The notes: generated from the letters alone by a model not told the origin. A stretch of 64,000 nt of DNA from Octopus vulgaris (GCA_951406725.2 OX597824.1:41912001-41976000); one strand, 5' to 3'; positions 13,065 through 26,782 are shown, counted from the stretch's first letter. Made by a program: numbers and translations.

Positions 13065-13250
13065 GAGAGGGTAATGTAAAAATGATACCAGTGGTGATCA
13101 GGGCGTTGGGCCCAATCCCTTTGAAACTTCAAAACTTCTTAAGGCAACTGGAAATCTCATGCAAGACTGATGTCTGCATAAAACAACATTATTGGGCACA
13201 GCGAACATCTTAAGTATTATCTGTCTGAGATCCTTGTTGTGACTTACCCC
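13065..13250 (+). mobile_element. R4/Dong-like (REL endonuclease) LINE C-terminal fragment
   Basis: Translates VKMIPVVIRALGPIPLKLQNFLRQLEI..., then after a frameshift HKTTLLGTANIL, matching the IPVVIGALG / QKTALLGTAxIL motifs. Confidence 0.7.
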
Positions 13251-13515
13251 TGTGCATTTTTACTTACACTGTGTTATAAAGGAATGATAATAATAATAAT
13301 GATGATGACGAGGACGAGGAGTAGGAGGAGGAGGAGGAGGAGGAGAAGAAGAAGAAGAAGAAGAAGAAGAAGAAGAAGAAGAAGAAGAAGAAGAAGAAGA
13401 ATAGTTTCAACTTACAATAACAACGCTTCGATAATAATACTAGTATAAGTATCATGTTTTCTGCAGGTCTGATCATGACTATTTCTTTCAGAAATGGAGA
13501 GAGGTAAAAAAAAAA

Positions 13516-13585
<70 letters not shown>

Positions 13586-13665
13586 GAGTGTTAGAAAGAG
13601 GGAAGAGAGAAAGTATCTACCTATCCACCCGTCTGCTTCTCTTTCTCAATATGTATGTATGTACG

Positions 13666-13756
<91 letters not shown>

Positions 13757-13819
13757 ATATCTAAAACATTGACTGTAAAATTGAAGAACACAACCGGCAT
13801 TCATTAAATATTGATTTCA

Positions 13820-13980
13820 CATTTTAGCACAAAGCCAGCTCAGAGAAAGGAGTAAGTCGATAACATTGACCCCAGTGTCCAACTGGTACTTATTTTATCG
13901 ACCCCGATAGGACGAAAGGCAAAATTATCCTCGGCGGAATTTGAACTCAAAACGTGTTAACTATTCTGTTAGCTCGCCAC
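13820..13980 (-). mobile_element. SINE family A, internally deleted
   Basis: gaccccagtg...ctggtacttattttatcgaccccga...ctcggcggaatttgaactc. Confidence 0.75.
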
Positions 13981-14066
13981 CGTATACGTTTTTAACATAT
14001 TACCTGCCTAACACCCTACATACATCCTTCTATACCCTCCTTCGCTCACTTCACTGGGGCCATAAC

Positions 14067-14131
<65 letters not shown>

Positions 14132-14423
14132 CATACAAGGGAATTAGAAAATTATCTGTACTCTCGCTTACCATTTTAGTTTAGCTTGGCTGCACTGCCT
14201 TCAACGCTCACGTACTAAAGGGTGGTACTCCTTCATCTCTCCAGTTTCCTTTCTTGTGTTACGGAGTAAATATTGCTGCTCCTCTGGCAGTGAACCCAGG
14301 AAGAACAGAGAACAGTCATTCTACTTCTCTGGTAACAGTGGGTGTTGTGACAAATGCATGAATTAACACAGGAATATTTGTTGTTTTAGTCTTATGATTC
14401 TTGAGCGTAATATAAAGTTTATA

Positions 14424-14800
14424 CAGGCGTTGCTGTATGGTAAGAAGCTTGCTTTCCAACCACATGGTGTTGGGTTCTGCCCCACTGCGTGGCACCGTGG
14501 GCAAGCTTCTTCTATAGCTTCGGGCCGACCAAAGCCTTGTAAGTGGATTTGGTAGACGGAACTGAAAGAAGACGTCGTATATATATGTACATAGATATCT
14601 ACGTGCATCTTTGCGTCTGTATTTTTCTACAACTGGCGTTGGTAGTTTTACGTCCCCGTAACTTATCGGTTCGGCAGAAAAGACCGATAGAATAAGTACC
14701 AGGGTTTTTTTTAAAAATATAAAAGGAAATACTGGGATCGATTCATACGACAAGGTGGAGCCCAGTATGGTCGTTAGACTGAAACAGACAAACGATAAAA
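14424..14800 (+). mobile_element. SINE family B (CORE-like tRNA SINE), diverged
   Basis: Head tggtaagaagcttgctttccaaccacatgg; core ggcaccgtgggcaag...aagccttgtaagtggatttggtagacgg. Confidence 0.85.
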
Positions 14801-15144
14801 GTTAAGAAGTCGGTCTGTGCTGTATTCTATTTTGAGTTGAGAAGTTTGTTCCTCTCAGTTGTGTTTATGATGTCAAAGGCGACAGTGATATGTTTATCAC
14901 GAGGTTATACAGTATGTGGAAATCTTAGTTCGCATGGATATTTTGCTTTGTCTGTGGTGATAAAGGCGATCAAATCGACGTTGATTGAAAGGGGTGTCCT
15001 GTGTACCATGAGTTAGGTGTTGAAGTCATCGCAGAGCAAAGTGAGATGAAGTGTTTTGCTTAAGAACACAACGCACCACACGGTCTAGGAGTCGGAAGCA
15101 CGATCTCGTGTACAACATCCTTCCACTAGGCCATGCGTCCTCAC

Positions 15145-15180
<36 letters not shown>

Positions 15181-15193
15181 AATATATATATAT

Positions 15194-15503
15194 ATCACCG
15201 TGATCACCGTGACCGACCAGGCTATCAGATGTTGTTACACATCGCTGGTCACAATGCGCTTCGCATTGTTTTAGCCTTGAAATGACGCCAACCCGCTGGC
15301 TAAGCGGGCAGGCCAACAGAAGAAAGAGTGAGAGAAAGTTGTGGCGAAAGAATACAGCAGGGATCGCCACCACCCCCTGCCGGAGCCTCGTGGAGTTTTT
15401 AGGTGTTTTCGCTCAATAAACACTCACAACGCCCGGTCTGGGAATCGAAACCGCGATCCTACGACCGCGAGTCCACTGCCCTAACCACTAGGCCATTGCG
15501 CCT

Positions 15504-15505
<2 letters not shown>
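15194..15505 (-). mobile_element. tRNA-derived SINE family C, full length
   Basis: Reverse complement of 20866-21175: GGAGGCGCAATGGCCTAGTGGTTAGG...GGTTTCGATTCC...; a degenerate related head lies at 15025-15141. Confidence 0.9.
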
Positions 15506-15560
<55 letters not shown>

Positions 15561-16218
15561 AGCACACACATTTATATATAGAGAGAGATACATTCACATA
15601 CACAGACACACAAACGAATATTCACAAGCAGTGACACAGTAGCCATATTCGAACACATGCCACTAGCATAACAGCTTTAAATTTTGTTGAATATTCCTGT
15701 AATGCATATGTATGTATGCTTGAATGTATGTATGTATGTATGTATGTATGTATGTATGTATGTATGTATGCATACATACATACATACATACATACATACA
15801 TACATACATACATGCACGCATTCATATGATTACATGTATGCGCGCGCATCCTAGCAAAATGTCACCTTCACGCAGTTCCGATTATCTTTTAATTTTTCAA
15901 AATATTTTCGTACTTACTCTTTATTATCATTCAAATTTCTCGGTACAGTCTGTTTACATGATTATTGACGATTTAGGTCAATATGCTCAATAACGTTCCA
16001 GTAACGTGAAATGGAAACAGATGCATATAACAACTACAACACAAACAACAACAACCTCTGTAACAAAAAAAAAAAGAACAGCAGACTAATTAGCATTTAC
16101 TTTTATCTATTTATGTGTGTGTGTGTGTGTGTGTGTGTGTGAGTGTGTGTGTTCGCGTGAGTGAGAAATGAATGCGTATTAATGTACGAAAATCTAATGA
16201 TATATATATATATATATA

Positions 16219-16380
16219 TATATCTACGTGAGAGAGTGTGTGTGCGTGTGTGTGGCCATGTATGCATACATATATCTACGTGAGAGAGTGTGTGTGCGTG
16301 TGTGTGGCCATGTATGCATACATATATCTACGTGAGAGAGTGTTTGTGCGTGTGTGTGGGCATGTATGCATACATATATT
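16219..16380. repeat. Three copies of a 52-bp tandem unit built from microsatellite sequence
   Basis: tatctacgtgagagagtg recurs at 16221, 16273 and 16325. Confidence 0.85.
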
Positions 16381-16494
16381 TACACATACACACTCACATA
16401 TATTTATATGTATATATATATAAATGTGTGTGTGTATTGATATCTATCTATCTATCTATCTATCTGTCTATCTATCTATCTCCCCCTCTCTCTG

Positions 16495-16590
<96 letters not shown>

Positions 16591-18510
16591 TATGTATGTA
16601 TGTATATCTATTTCTATAGCAATCGATTCAAATTACATTTAAATAACAACACAATGTATGAGAAGTATTTCACTCATAATTGCACAATTACACATAAAGA
16701 AGTTTCTATGCAAACGTATCTGCACACACGAGCAGGGCTATATAAACATACACAAGCAAACACATACACATACTTACACGCGCATAAATACACATAAAAC
16801 CATATATATATATATACATATATTCGTGTAAAATAATGTGCTGCATATTGTTTCATAAATTGAACATCTGTCTATTCCTGTCTATTGATAGAAATATGCA
16901 TTGTGCCGAGGCGTTTTTAATTGATCCTATAAGTGTATGTATACATGCATGTGGCTATACATGTATGTATGCATGAATATATATGCATGTATGCATGAAT
17001 ATGTATGTATGTATGTAGGCTGGTAGGAATTATACATGCATTATCTATGCATATATATATATATATACTTATTATGCAAAGTTGTACCCAATGCTACTGG
17101 TATCATGCAACCCAGTACAACCTGTAGGAGGATCAGGTTGAGCGTGACTAAACCGGCACCTCGCTAGGTTAGCCTTGTATGGTTAGAGTTGCTACTGACC
17201 CAGCAAGTCAGAAACAAAAATAAATCCAGCTTAGGGTGAATGCCTAACAAGCAATAGTGTGTGGGATACAGAGATAGGATACAGAGATAGTGAAAGACCA
17301 TTTTGGTGGGTGATGAACGACTAGTTCTTGTCACAGAGTTAAGTCAGACTAGATGTCACTAATTTCCAATAATGGAAGGGGTGACCTATCTGCTTTACCC
17401 AACTGGTTTATAGTTGAGGTCAAGAAGATAAATACTAAGTGAGTACATATTAATAAAAAAAAAATCAAAGTTTAGGTGGTCTCCGACAGACAAAACTTCG
17501 GGAAATTTTCCGCAGCTGGATTGAGGTACGACTTATCAAGTAATATTCTTTCCTTTGTGTCTCTTTCAGTAGAGGCGCACTACTAATATTGCTATAAAGT
17601 TCAAATGTACACACCTTCAATGGCAATCATGCACCTTGAATTTTTGCACTGATACTTATTCGGATGTTCTGATGTCATGCGACTCTGCGACGTCGATGAA
17701 ACACTATGAAACTCGTGGGGTCGTGATTCTTTAGTCGCTGGTGGGTTTGTGCTCTTTACTGCTTGTACTCTTTCACATGTATAGTCATCCAAGAATCTAC
17801 GACTAAAGAAAATGGTCAAAAATACCACAATTGGGCAAGATGGGTTACATGGCACATGCATGTATGAATGTATGTATGTATGTATGTATGTATGTATGTA
17901 TGTATGTATGTATGTATGTATGTATGTATGTATGTATGTATGTATGTGTGTGTATGTATGTAAGCACATACGTAAGTATTTATATAAATGCAACTATGCA
18001 TATGTGTATGTGTATGCATACATGTAATTATGCGCGTATGTATTCATGTATGTGTTTGTGTATGTAGGCAGCCATGTATGCATGAGTGTGTATATATGTA
18101 AGTGTCGATATGTGGGGTAGGGAGAGAGAAGGGAGGCAATAAGCATCAGTATTAGGTAAGTGGGAAAGAGATAAGAGGAAAGAGGACGAGGAGTGATGAT
18201 TTGAAAGAGGATTAAATTGAAGAGAAGGAAAGACAGGAGGAGAGGATTTTACCTCATGTTTTTTCCACTTACCTTATACTGATTCATATTGCCTCTCTTC
18301 GCTCCTCCACCCCATGCCTAGACCATTCCTTCAGTATTCTGCTTTGTTATAACCAGAAATGACCCTAACGAAAGTAGCATTAATCTTTTTTAGGTCGCTC
18401 AATTTTTCTCACCCTCTCAATAACGAATCTATAATGGGTTTTGGAAACAGATGTAAGTCAAATTCACAACGATAAAGAAAAATATAGAACAACCATTGTT
18501 TATAACTTGT

Positions 18511-18555
<45 letters not shown>

Positions 18556-18757
18556 AGCTAAATGCGAAACCGGTCTTTCTTTAAAAATTATGTCATTATA
18601 AAGGAAAAAAAATTTGTTTAAAAAATTTTCTAATATTCTTCAGACATATTGACGCAAATATATATATTTTTTAACATTTAAGCCTTCTGTCGTTTTTTCA
18701 CTCTTTACTATTTTTTATATATTCACCCACGTGCTTTCACAAACCAACTTTCTTATC

Positions 18758-18801
<44 letters not shown>

Positions 18802-18803
18802 TG

Positions 18804-18841
<38 letters not shown>

Positions 18842-18842
<1 letters not shown>

Positions 18843-20050
18843 GCATTGCGATGGGTACCAAGGCTGCACCAGTCCTTGCGAACCTCATAATGGGTTACTT
18901 CGAATTGTCACTCTATGAAATATCAAGCCAGAAAATTGGACATGTTTTCCACACCTACCTAATGGAAAACTGGAAAAGTTATTTAGATGATTGTTTCATC
19001 ATATGGAAAGAACCTTATAAAAAACTCCTGGAATTCAAAACCATACTAAACAACATACATCCCAACATCCAATTCACTATGGAATTAAGCAAACATCATC
19101 TCCCATTCCTTGATCTCCTAATTATAAAAACACCTAAGAACCAAATCATAACAGACATCTACCACAAACCTACAGACTCACAACAATACCTCCTCTTTAG
19201 TTCATGCCACCCAAAACACACCAAGACAAATATCCCTTTCAATTTAGCTAAAAGGGTATGCACCATTGTCTCGGATCCAAAAACACGAGAAATACGCCTT
19301 CAAGACCTCAAAAAAACACTATTACAACGTCAATATCCCTCCACCCTTATAGAGTATGGAATAAAACGCGCCAAAGAACTAGATAACACTACACTGAAAA
19401 CCACCCAACCTAACACCACACACAACCTCAAAATACTTCCATACATTTCCACCCACAACCCCAAAAATATCGAAGCATACACCACAATCATACAAAACCT
19501 CAGTCTACTGTCAACAGACCCAAAAATGAAAAACATTATAAATACACACAAAATCCTCAAATGCAAAAGGCAACACAAATCTTTAAAAAAACTCTTGACA
19601 AATGCCAAACTTCACACACCACATCCACCCCCAACAGTAAAAAAATGTGCACGCTCAAACTGTGGTACCTGCCCCTTTCTACTTGAAGGCTCTGAATTTA
19701 CCTTCAAACAAGGTACGAAGTTTAAAATCAAGACTAACTTCTCCTGTTCCTCCGAGAACCTTATCTACGTTCTCACATGCGCTGGTTGCCAACATAATTA
19801 TGTTGGACAAACGAGTCTCCCGTTACGTAAACGAGTAACGGTGCATAAAGAACAAATAAATCTCCCGGAATACCGACAAATTCCACTGAGTGACCACTTA
19901 GACTCATCTGCTAAAGACTTAAACCCCAAATTCTATATATTCCCCTTCTACCAATGTAAAGACGGGATCACCACACAGGAGAGAATTAACAAGGAGAATC
20001 TCTTTATTGAAAAATTCCAAACACAACTTAATATGCAAACTCCTCGTTGA
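18842..20050 (+). CDS. PLE reverse transcriptase (C-terminal half) + GIY-YIG endonuclease; N-terminus missing
   Basis: Motifs GIAMGTKAAPVLANLIMG, YLDD, LPFLDL, YHKPTDSQQYL..SCHP, Cys linker CARSNCGTC, and NLIYVLTCAGCQHNYVGQT..LRKRVTVH. Uninterrupted to the stop. ORF-track residues before 18842 are microsatellite. Confidence 0.9.
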
Positions 20051-20671
20051 TCAAACTTCCTTTCTCTACCTCACTCTTCATGGATGGACTAACACAAATA
20101 TATAAAGATACCATGCATTCATCACTTCAAGCTAAAACTTATATTCTTTAAATATCATTTTTACTATTGTTGTTATTACTATCATTTTTATTATAAATGA
20201 TATGACAATTTGAAATGCAATTGTCTATGCAGATTTATATAATTAGAAAATAATATAAATAAAGTGTTAAAATCTGAAAGTTAAGTTAACAAGCAATTAT
20301 ATAAAAAAGATAACGCAAATGAAGCTAAAATGATAATTTTATAATTTGGGTTTTATTGAAGAACTCAAAAGAGTTGTCTCCCCTTACTCACAACACAGGA
20401 ACGGAAGAACCACAATTACTACTACTTCCTGTCCTGCAAACATGCTGAATTAAACAACACAACACATGCTCTTAATCCCTTTGGATCTTAACACCTCAAG
20501 GTAATTTTTTCGTGAACAATCATAAAACTCAAGATACACAACGAACTCACAATGTATCGGAGAACTTATTTTTTAATTTTTGTACATTTTTATCATTATT
20601 CTTTTACAAAAAACAATGCAATTTTCTTTTTTCCCCTTTCTAATTTTTAAAAAAACTTTTTAAAACATAAA

Positions 20672-20712
20672 TATTCTTGACAAGTCATACAATGACGAAA
20701 ACCGGTTGAATA
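20672..20712 (+). ncRNA. Minimal type I hammerhead-like motif with U3-A8 core
   Basis: tattc-TTGACAA-gtcat(aca)atgac-GAAA-accggt-t-gaata: stem I tattc/gaata, stem II gtcat/atgac, palindromic stem III; one extra A relative to canonical spacing. Confidence 0.6.
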
Positions 20713-20806
20713 AATATATATTTATATATTTTATCAATTTCTCATTTTATTAAAATTTTCTTTCATTTGAGCATTCTGCATTTAAAAAAAAAATTTTTTT
20801 CCTTAC

Positions 20807-20865
<59 letters not shown>

Positions 20866-20867
<2 letters not shown>

Positions 20868-21175
20868 AGGCGCAATGGCCTAGTGGTTAGGGTAGCGGAC
20901 TCGCGGTCGCAGGATCGCGGTTTCGATTCCCAGACCGGGCGTTGTGAGTGTTTATTGAGCGAAAACACCTAAAAGATCCACGAGGCTCCGGCGGGGGGGG
21001 GGGAGTGATCCCTGCTGTACTCTTTCACCACTCTTTCTCCCACTCTTTCTTCTGTTGGCTTGCTCGCTTAGCCAGCGGGGTGGCGTCATTCGAAGGCTAA
21101 AACAATGTGAACGCATTGTGACCAGCGATGTGTAACAACATTTGATGGTCTGGTCGGTCACGTGATCACGTGATA
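20866..21175 (+). mobile_element. tRNA-derived SINE family C, full length
   Basis: A box TGGCCTAGTGG, B box GGTTTCGATTCC, tail ...ggtcacgtgatcacgtgata. Confidence 0.9.
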
Positions 21176-21734
21176 TATATATGTATATATACACACACAC
21201 GCACACACATTCCAACATAATTAGATTTTAACGGCCATGTTCACTAACTTACACGTTTGCATACACATACATATAAATAAGTATGTATGCATACATGTGC
21301 ACAGTTATTTATGTGCACAAGTATGGCTAGTTTTGAATATATGACCTGGCCTGTATGTTTCAACTTATGTATGTGCACAATTACATATATTTGTTTATCT
21401 ACATATGTTGCTCAGATAAGTATGCATAAGTAATGAGCTCTTATATCCATGCGTTTAAGTCTTATTACACGTGCGTAAAATCCTTTAAATCCATACCAAC
21501 CGTCTGGAATATTTTCCATATTTTCACAGTGGTGTTAATATGTACTTGTAATTTCTTAATTAGCCCTTCATTTCTGGTTTAGTAAATTTCACTTTCTCAA
21601 GACGAGTAACTAAGTGTATATATGGAAGTGTTCCAATTATTACAGGTATAAATTTAAAACCTTTCGCCGAGTGGAGCAATTACAGATTTTGCACTCAATT
21701 TATCTTTCTTTTCTCTTTTATTATTTTTTTGTCG

Positions 21735-21930
21735 TTGTTCTGCGGCCATGCTGGAGTACTGCCTTGAAGGGTTGAAGCCAAATAAATCAACGATTGAACT
21801 TATTTTTGTAAAGCCTGACACTTTTTCTATCGCTTATATTTGCCGAACCGCTATGTTACGGGCGACGGAAACAAGCCAATACCGGTTGTCAGGTGGTGAT
21901 GGGGACAAACACAATCTCAAAGACACTCAC
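21735..21930 (-). mobile_element. SINE family B, 3' half, diverged
   Basis: tgcggccatgctggag...gccgaaccgcta...ggggacaaacac. Confidence 0.7.
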
Positions 21931-21942
21931 ACACATAAATAT

Positions 21943-21986
<44 letters not shown>

Positions 21987-21988
21987 TA

Positions 21989-22930
21989 CCAGAGTTGGAC
22001 AAAATAATGGAAACACCTTAACATTTCAAACAAATTTATTTTAATATGGGGTAGGACCGCCTTTGGCAGCAATTACAGCTTCAATTTTACGAGTTGTAGA
22101 CTCGTACAAAGTTTGAATTATTTCCAAAGGAATTTTTGGCCATTCTTCAGCCAGAACAGTCTCCAGTTCTTGTAGTGATGATAATGGAGGATATCGGCTC
22201 CTTACTTGTTTTTCTAAAATGCCCCATAAATGTTCCATAATATTGAAATCTGGGGACTGTGGTGGCCAAATAAGATGTTCAACTTCACTAGAATGTTCCT
22301 TGTGCCATTCAGTAACAACTTTAGCTGTGTGAAAGATTGCATTTCCATCCGGTAACAATTCCGCAACCATACGATGAATTTGATCAGATAAAATGCCTAA
22401 ATAGTCTTGACTATTAATTCTGCCATGAAGGGAAATCATTGGGCCCGCGGATTACCATGATATACCCCCCCCCGCCAGATCATCACATATCCTCCTGCAT
22501 GTTTAACAGTTGGAGGAGGCAGTCTGGGTAAAATGCTTCTTTTGGTTGTCTCCACACATATATTTGGCCAGTGGTCGGAAATAAGATAAAGGATGACTCG
22601 TTTGAGAAAATAACATTCTTCCACTGCCCTAGATACTAATTCTGTAGGTTTTTACTCCACTCTAAACGCTTTGTAACGTTTGTGTTTGAAAGTAGTGGTT
22701 TTCTGATTGCAGCCCTCTCGTGAAATCTGGCTTTGTGTAGCTCTGAGCGAACAGTTTTTGTGGAAACTGGGTTCTCGATGTGGTCATTAAGCTCTGCAGT
22801 AATTTTGGAAGCTGTACTTTTGTGATCCTTTCTAACAATTCGCTTAAGGCTCCAACGGTCCCTACCTGAAAGTTTTGGTTTTCTTCCGGACATTTGTTTC
22901 AACGAGGAGGTTTTTCCCTCTTTCTCAAAG
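21989..22930 (-). mobile_element. Tc1-like DNA transposon remnant (frameshifted transposase, one TIR)
   Basis: Segments SGRKPKLSGRDR..IRKPLLS, PTVKHAGGYVMIW and WPPQSPDFNIMEHLW..AVIAAKGGPTPY; TIR cagagttggacaaaataatggaaacac at ~21990. Confidence 0.9.
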
Positions 22931-24218
22931 ACTGAAGACAAACTTGACCACGAAAAGATTTGAATAAAGAATGTAAAGAGCCGAAAAAAATACTGCAAGA
23001 CATTTTCTAAAGTCACTGGCTTTACTCTAGTATCACTCTTATTTTATCATAACGACTCCCGAGATATGGACGGTAGGAACGATTTAAACGTAGAAGGTAA
23101 AGGCATTTTGTTTTCGCCTTAATATCATTAGGCATTTTACCAATATTAAATGAACATAAGTATATTATATAATGTGTGAATGTATATATAGGATTTTGCA
23201 CATGAGTATGTGAGAAAATAGTAAGTTGGCAGAATAAATGAAGCGTCGGTAAAAAGAATTAAAAAAAAATATTTGTGTGCTGTATTAACGTTTCTTTTTT
23301 ATCGATACAATATCAGTATTGCTTGAATCCCAATTTTGCTTTCTATGCTGTTTATCGGATTCGAAGACTGCAATTTTACTGTTCAGAACCACGCTTCTTA
23401 CACCTTTGAATAACTACTCTGTACGAAATATCGGAACACATCTCAGGGCAACATAAAGAGCTTTTATTATACAATGATCCAAAGAAAACTTGTAAATGAT
23501 GAATGTTATGGCTGTGTACTTTTATTTAGTGATTATGAAGCCATCTTAAATAAGAACATTTCTGTTCTCAGTGGGTGAAGATATTTTCATGTAACATATT
23601 GATTCATCTAGTATACTCCTTTCACAGAAACTCACATGCATACATACTTACATAACTACATATATACATCCCTGTACGCATACATACACACGTATGTATA
23701 TACTTGTATACGTATATATACACATACACTCACGTATGTATATATACGTATATACGCCTATACTTTTATTACCTATACTCTTTAAAATGCTGTTGTTTAT
23801 ACAGCTATTTTCCTTACTGAGTTTTGTCTATTTTCTGTTAGTTTATTTTTATTCGTATTTAGAGGCAGAAAATTAAATCTAATTTCCTTGTGGAAATGTT
23901 CCCTTCTTTTTTCATACCGAAATTTTTTCAACAACAACAACAACAACAACAGCAGCAGCAGCAAAAACAACAACAACAATAACAACGGAATCGTGAGAAA
24001 AACAGCTACAAAAGAAGAAAATCGAAGAAAAAAGTTGGGGAATTTTTGTTAAAATTCCTTAAATTTCTTGAGAGTCAGTTATCTTTCTCACTCTTTATCA
24101 CCATCTTCAATTCTGCTATACCGCTCTCTTTCTCTCTCTCTACATCTATCTGTATCTCTTCTATTTCAATGTTTTTCTTTATCTCGCGTGTCACAATTTT
24201 TCATTCTCTCTTTGTTCC

Positions 24219-24293
<75 letters not shown>

Positions 24294-24358
24294 GTCTGTC
24301 TGTCTATCTATCTGTCTGTCTGTCTGTCTATCTGTCTGTCTATCTGTCTATCTATCTG

Positions 24359-24409
<51 letters not shown>

Positions 24410-24425
24410 GCTCTTATTACATATA

Positions 24426-25350
24426 ATGTCAGTGTCATTTCGAAACCTTTCAATGTGAGTGTTGGACTTCGGCAGAGGTGTGTATCGTCATTTACCCTTT
24501 TCAAAATTTTTATGAATTGTACTGACATACGCAGCCGTTGTGGAAGTAATATCACAATCGGTGGGTGTGGGATCAGTCGGCTGATATTTGTAGTCGGTAT
24601 GATACTACTTGGCTAATCAGAAGGTGATCTCCAGTATGTACTGAGTAGATTTTCAGCCGAATGCTGCAACGCAGGGATGAGCATTAGTGTTGCGAAGACT
24701 GACATGTTGGTCATCTCAAAAACGTCTTCCCAGGGCACTGTGCATGGTAGTGGAACATCACTGAAGTAAGTGGAGAAGTTTAAGTATCTCGGGGAGGTAT
24801 TCATGTGTGATGGGAGGTAGGAGATTGAACTGGATTACAGAACTGGAGGTGCTGGAACAGTAAAGTGTTAGCTCCAGCATTCGATCCTTAGGAGAGGAGA
24901 AGTCGGAAAAAAGATCATCTCAGTGTTTTCAGTTGAGTTTTCGTAACCATCCTGAGCTGTGGTCAAGCATGTTGGGGAATGACCTAAAGTGTATGATCGC
25001 GATTACAAGTCACCGAAATGAAGTTCCTTTAAAGAACCCTAGAATAACGTTACTCAATAGGGTGGGTAACTCGGAGACCGAGGAGACTCTTCGGGTCAAC
25101 TTTCCATATTAAGAAATCACAGCTCCGGTACAACGTGCATGAGATTATAATGTCACTGGAAATAAAAGCATGAGATTCTTGAAGCTGAGTAATCTGCAAG
25201 AGACCTTAGGGTAAACCAGGACCGAAATCATTGGGTAATAGCCATAGTCTCAGTTGTATACGCCTGAGAGCCTAGCGGTGAAGTCTAATGTTTCTGATAG
25301 GACTCTCTGAAGTACTCTACTCCTCTCAGGAGAAGTGGGCGAAGAAGATG
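24426..25350 (+). mobile_element. Decayed RTE-like LINE RT fragment
   Basis: [18 protein letters not shown] (GLRQGC motif), degenerate LFADD, VEKFKYLG, SRLQVTEMKFL; multiple stops. Confidence 0.8.
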
Positions 25351-26404
25351 GATGAATGGATGGATGGATGAATGTATGAGAACGTATAATGCCAATAGAA
25401 CTTCCTGTTGAATATAGGTTAGTTGGAATATAGAATGTCACACATTAATACTTTCTGTTAATTATATCTTAATTGAAACTTGTAATATCACACGCCAATA
25501 GCTTCTGATAGATGTGGATTGGCTACAATATAGAATACAACACACCATTCCTGTCAAAAGTAGGGCTGAACAATATCATTCGTGTCAAATGGAATCGACG
25601 TTATTTCTTTACAAATTGATTTATCTGTAATAATTGAAATGTTAATGAAAGCAGGCGGCTTTCTGTACTGATTTTAATTGTTGCTGCTGCTGTTGTAGTC
25701 GTTGAAGTTCTTTGGTGCCAAATGATTTCTGAATATACAAACCTATGACCGAAGATATTTGTTTCCCGACCTCCACCTTAATTAGTTCGCGAGAGTGTAT
25801 CGAGGTCTGTGCTATAAAATGTATTCATGGTTAGATATAATTTGAAGGTAGTTTGGTTGGCATTTAACGAACAAACAAGTAGAGATCTTTTCATCGGTTC
25901 TTGTAGATGGGTGTTGTTGATAGCATTGCGAAGAAGAAAGAGGATCATACTGGTTCTTAATCTTACTCGATTTTTAATCTCACATGAAAAGATATATCAG
26001 CGTCCTTTATCTCATACGTCTGGCGATACCGCTCTGCTGCTGTTTCTATAATCTGATGATATGATAGTGTGGAAGAGGGGCATCAAAGTGAATCTAACTT
26101 TATATCCGATTATTTCCAGATTTCTTCATTTATATTGTAATTTTTCTTTCTTTCATGTCGTGTGTACGATTTTGACATCTCCCAAACCTGGAAAATATCA
26201 GCCAATTTTCTCAGGTTACCATATTTCCGAAGCCTTAACATACCGGCTGCTCAAATCACCTCATACTCTCAATATCTCCCCACCGAAACACACACATTCA
26301 CTTACATACACACACGTGAACACAAACACGTGCACACATTCGTGCGCACATACTCACACACGTGCACACATACTCACACACGTGCACACATTCACACACG
26401 CACG

Positions 26405-26474
<70 letters not shown>

Positions 26475-26782
26475 AACACACACACACACACAAACAAATG
26501 AACGAACAAAACTGTAAAACTAAGGACAGGGCTCCAAAATATCGTCCCTTAAATATTCATAGAAAATATCTTTAAAGGAAACGACAAAAAAAATGACAGT
26601 AACAAAAACAATAAGCCAAAGCAAAGATGGTTGTCTGGTACCTTAAAAGAGTCTTTCTAATTTGATGGTCTGTAGTGGCGGTTTAGGATAATTAACCGCA
26701 TGGAAGGAGAATATTTCTGTGACCAGAGTTTAAAGTTGTTTGTATGGTTGTGTGTATAACTTATTTCTTGTTATTGTTTATA

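Larger units (their letters stand above)
18839..20806 (+). mobile_element. 5'-truncated Penelope-like element (Neptune-like) in (TA)n
   Basis: RT + GIY-YIG ORF, ~750-bp AT-rich 3' UTR with an HHR-like motif, and (TA)n on both sides. Confidence 0.9.

Noticed and set aside
16219-16380. Regularly spaced repeats as a CRISPR-like array
   Set aside because: Plain tandem duplication with no unique spacers, in a eukaryotic context.
18731-18841. N-terminus of the 439-aa ORF
   Set aside because: (TA)n read-through from a GTG; not part of the RT.
20866-20940. Possible tRNA gene (also 15430-15505 and 57873-57945)
   Set aside because: These are SINE heads: the cloverleaf is imperfect and each continues into a shared SINE body.
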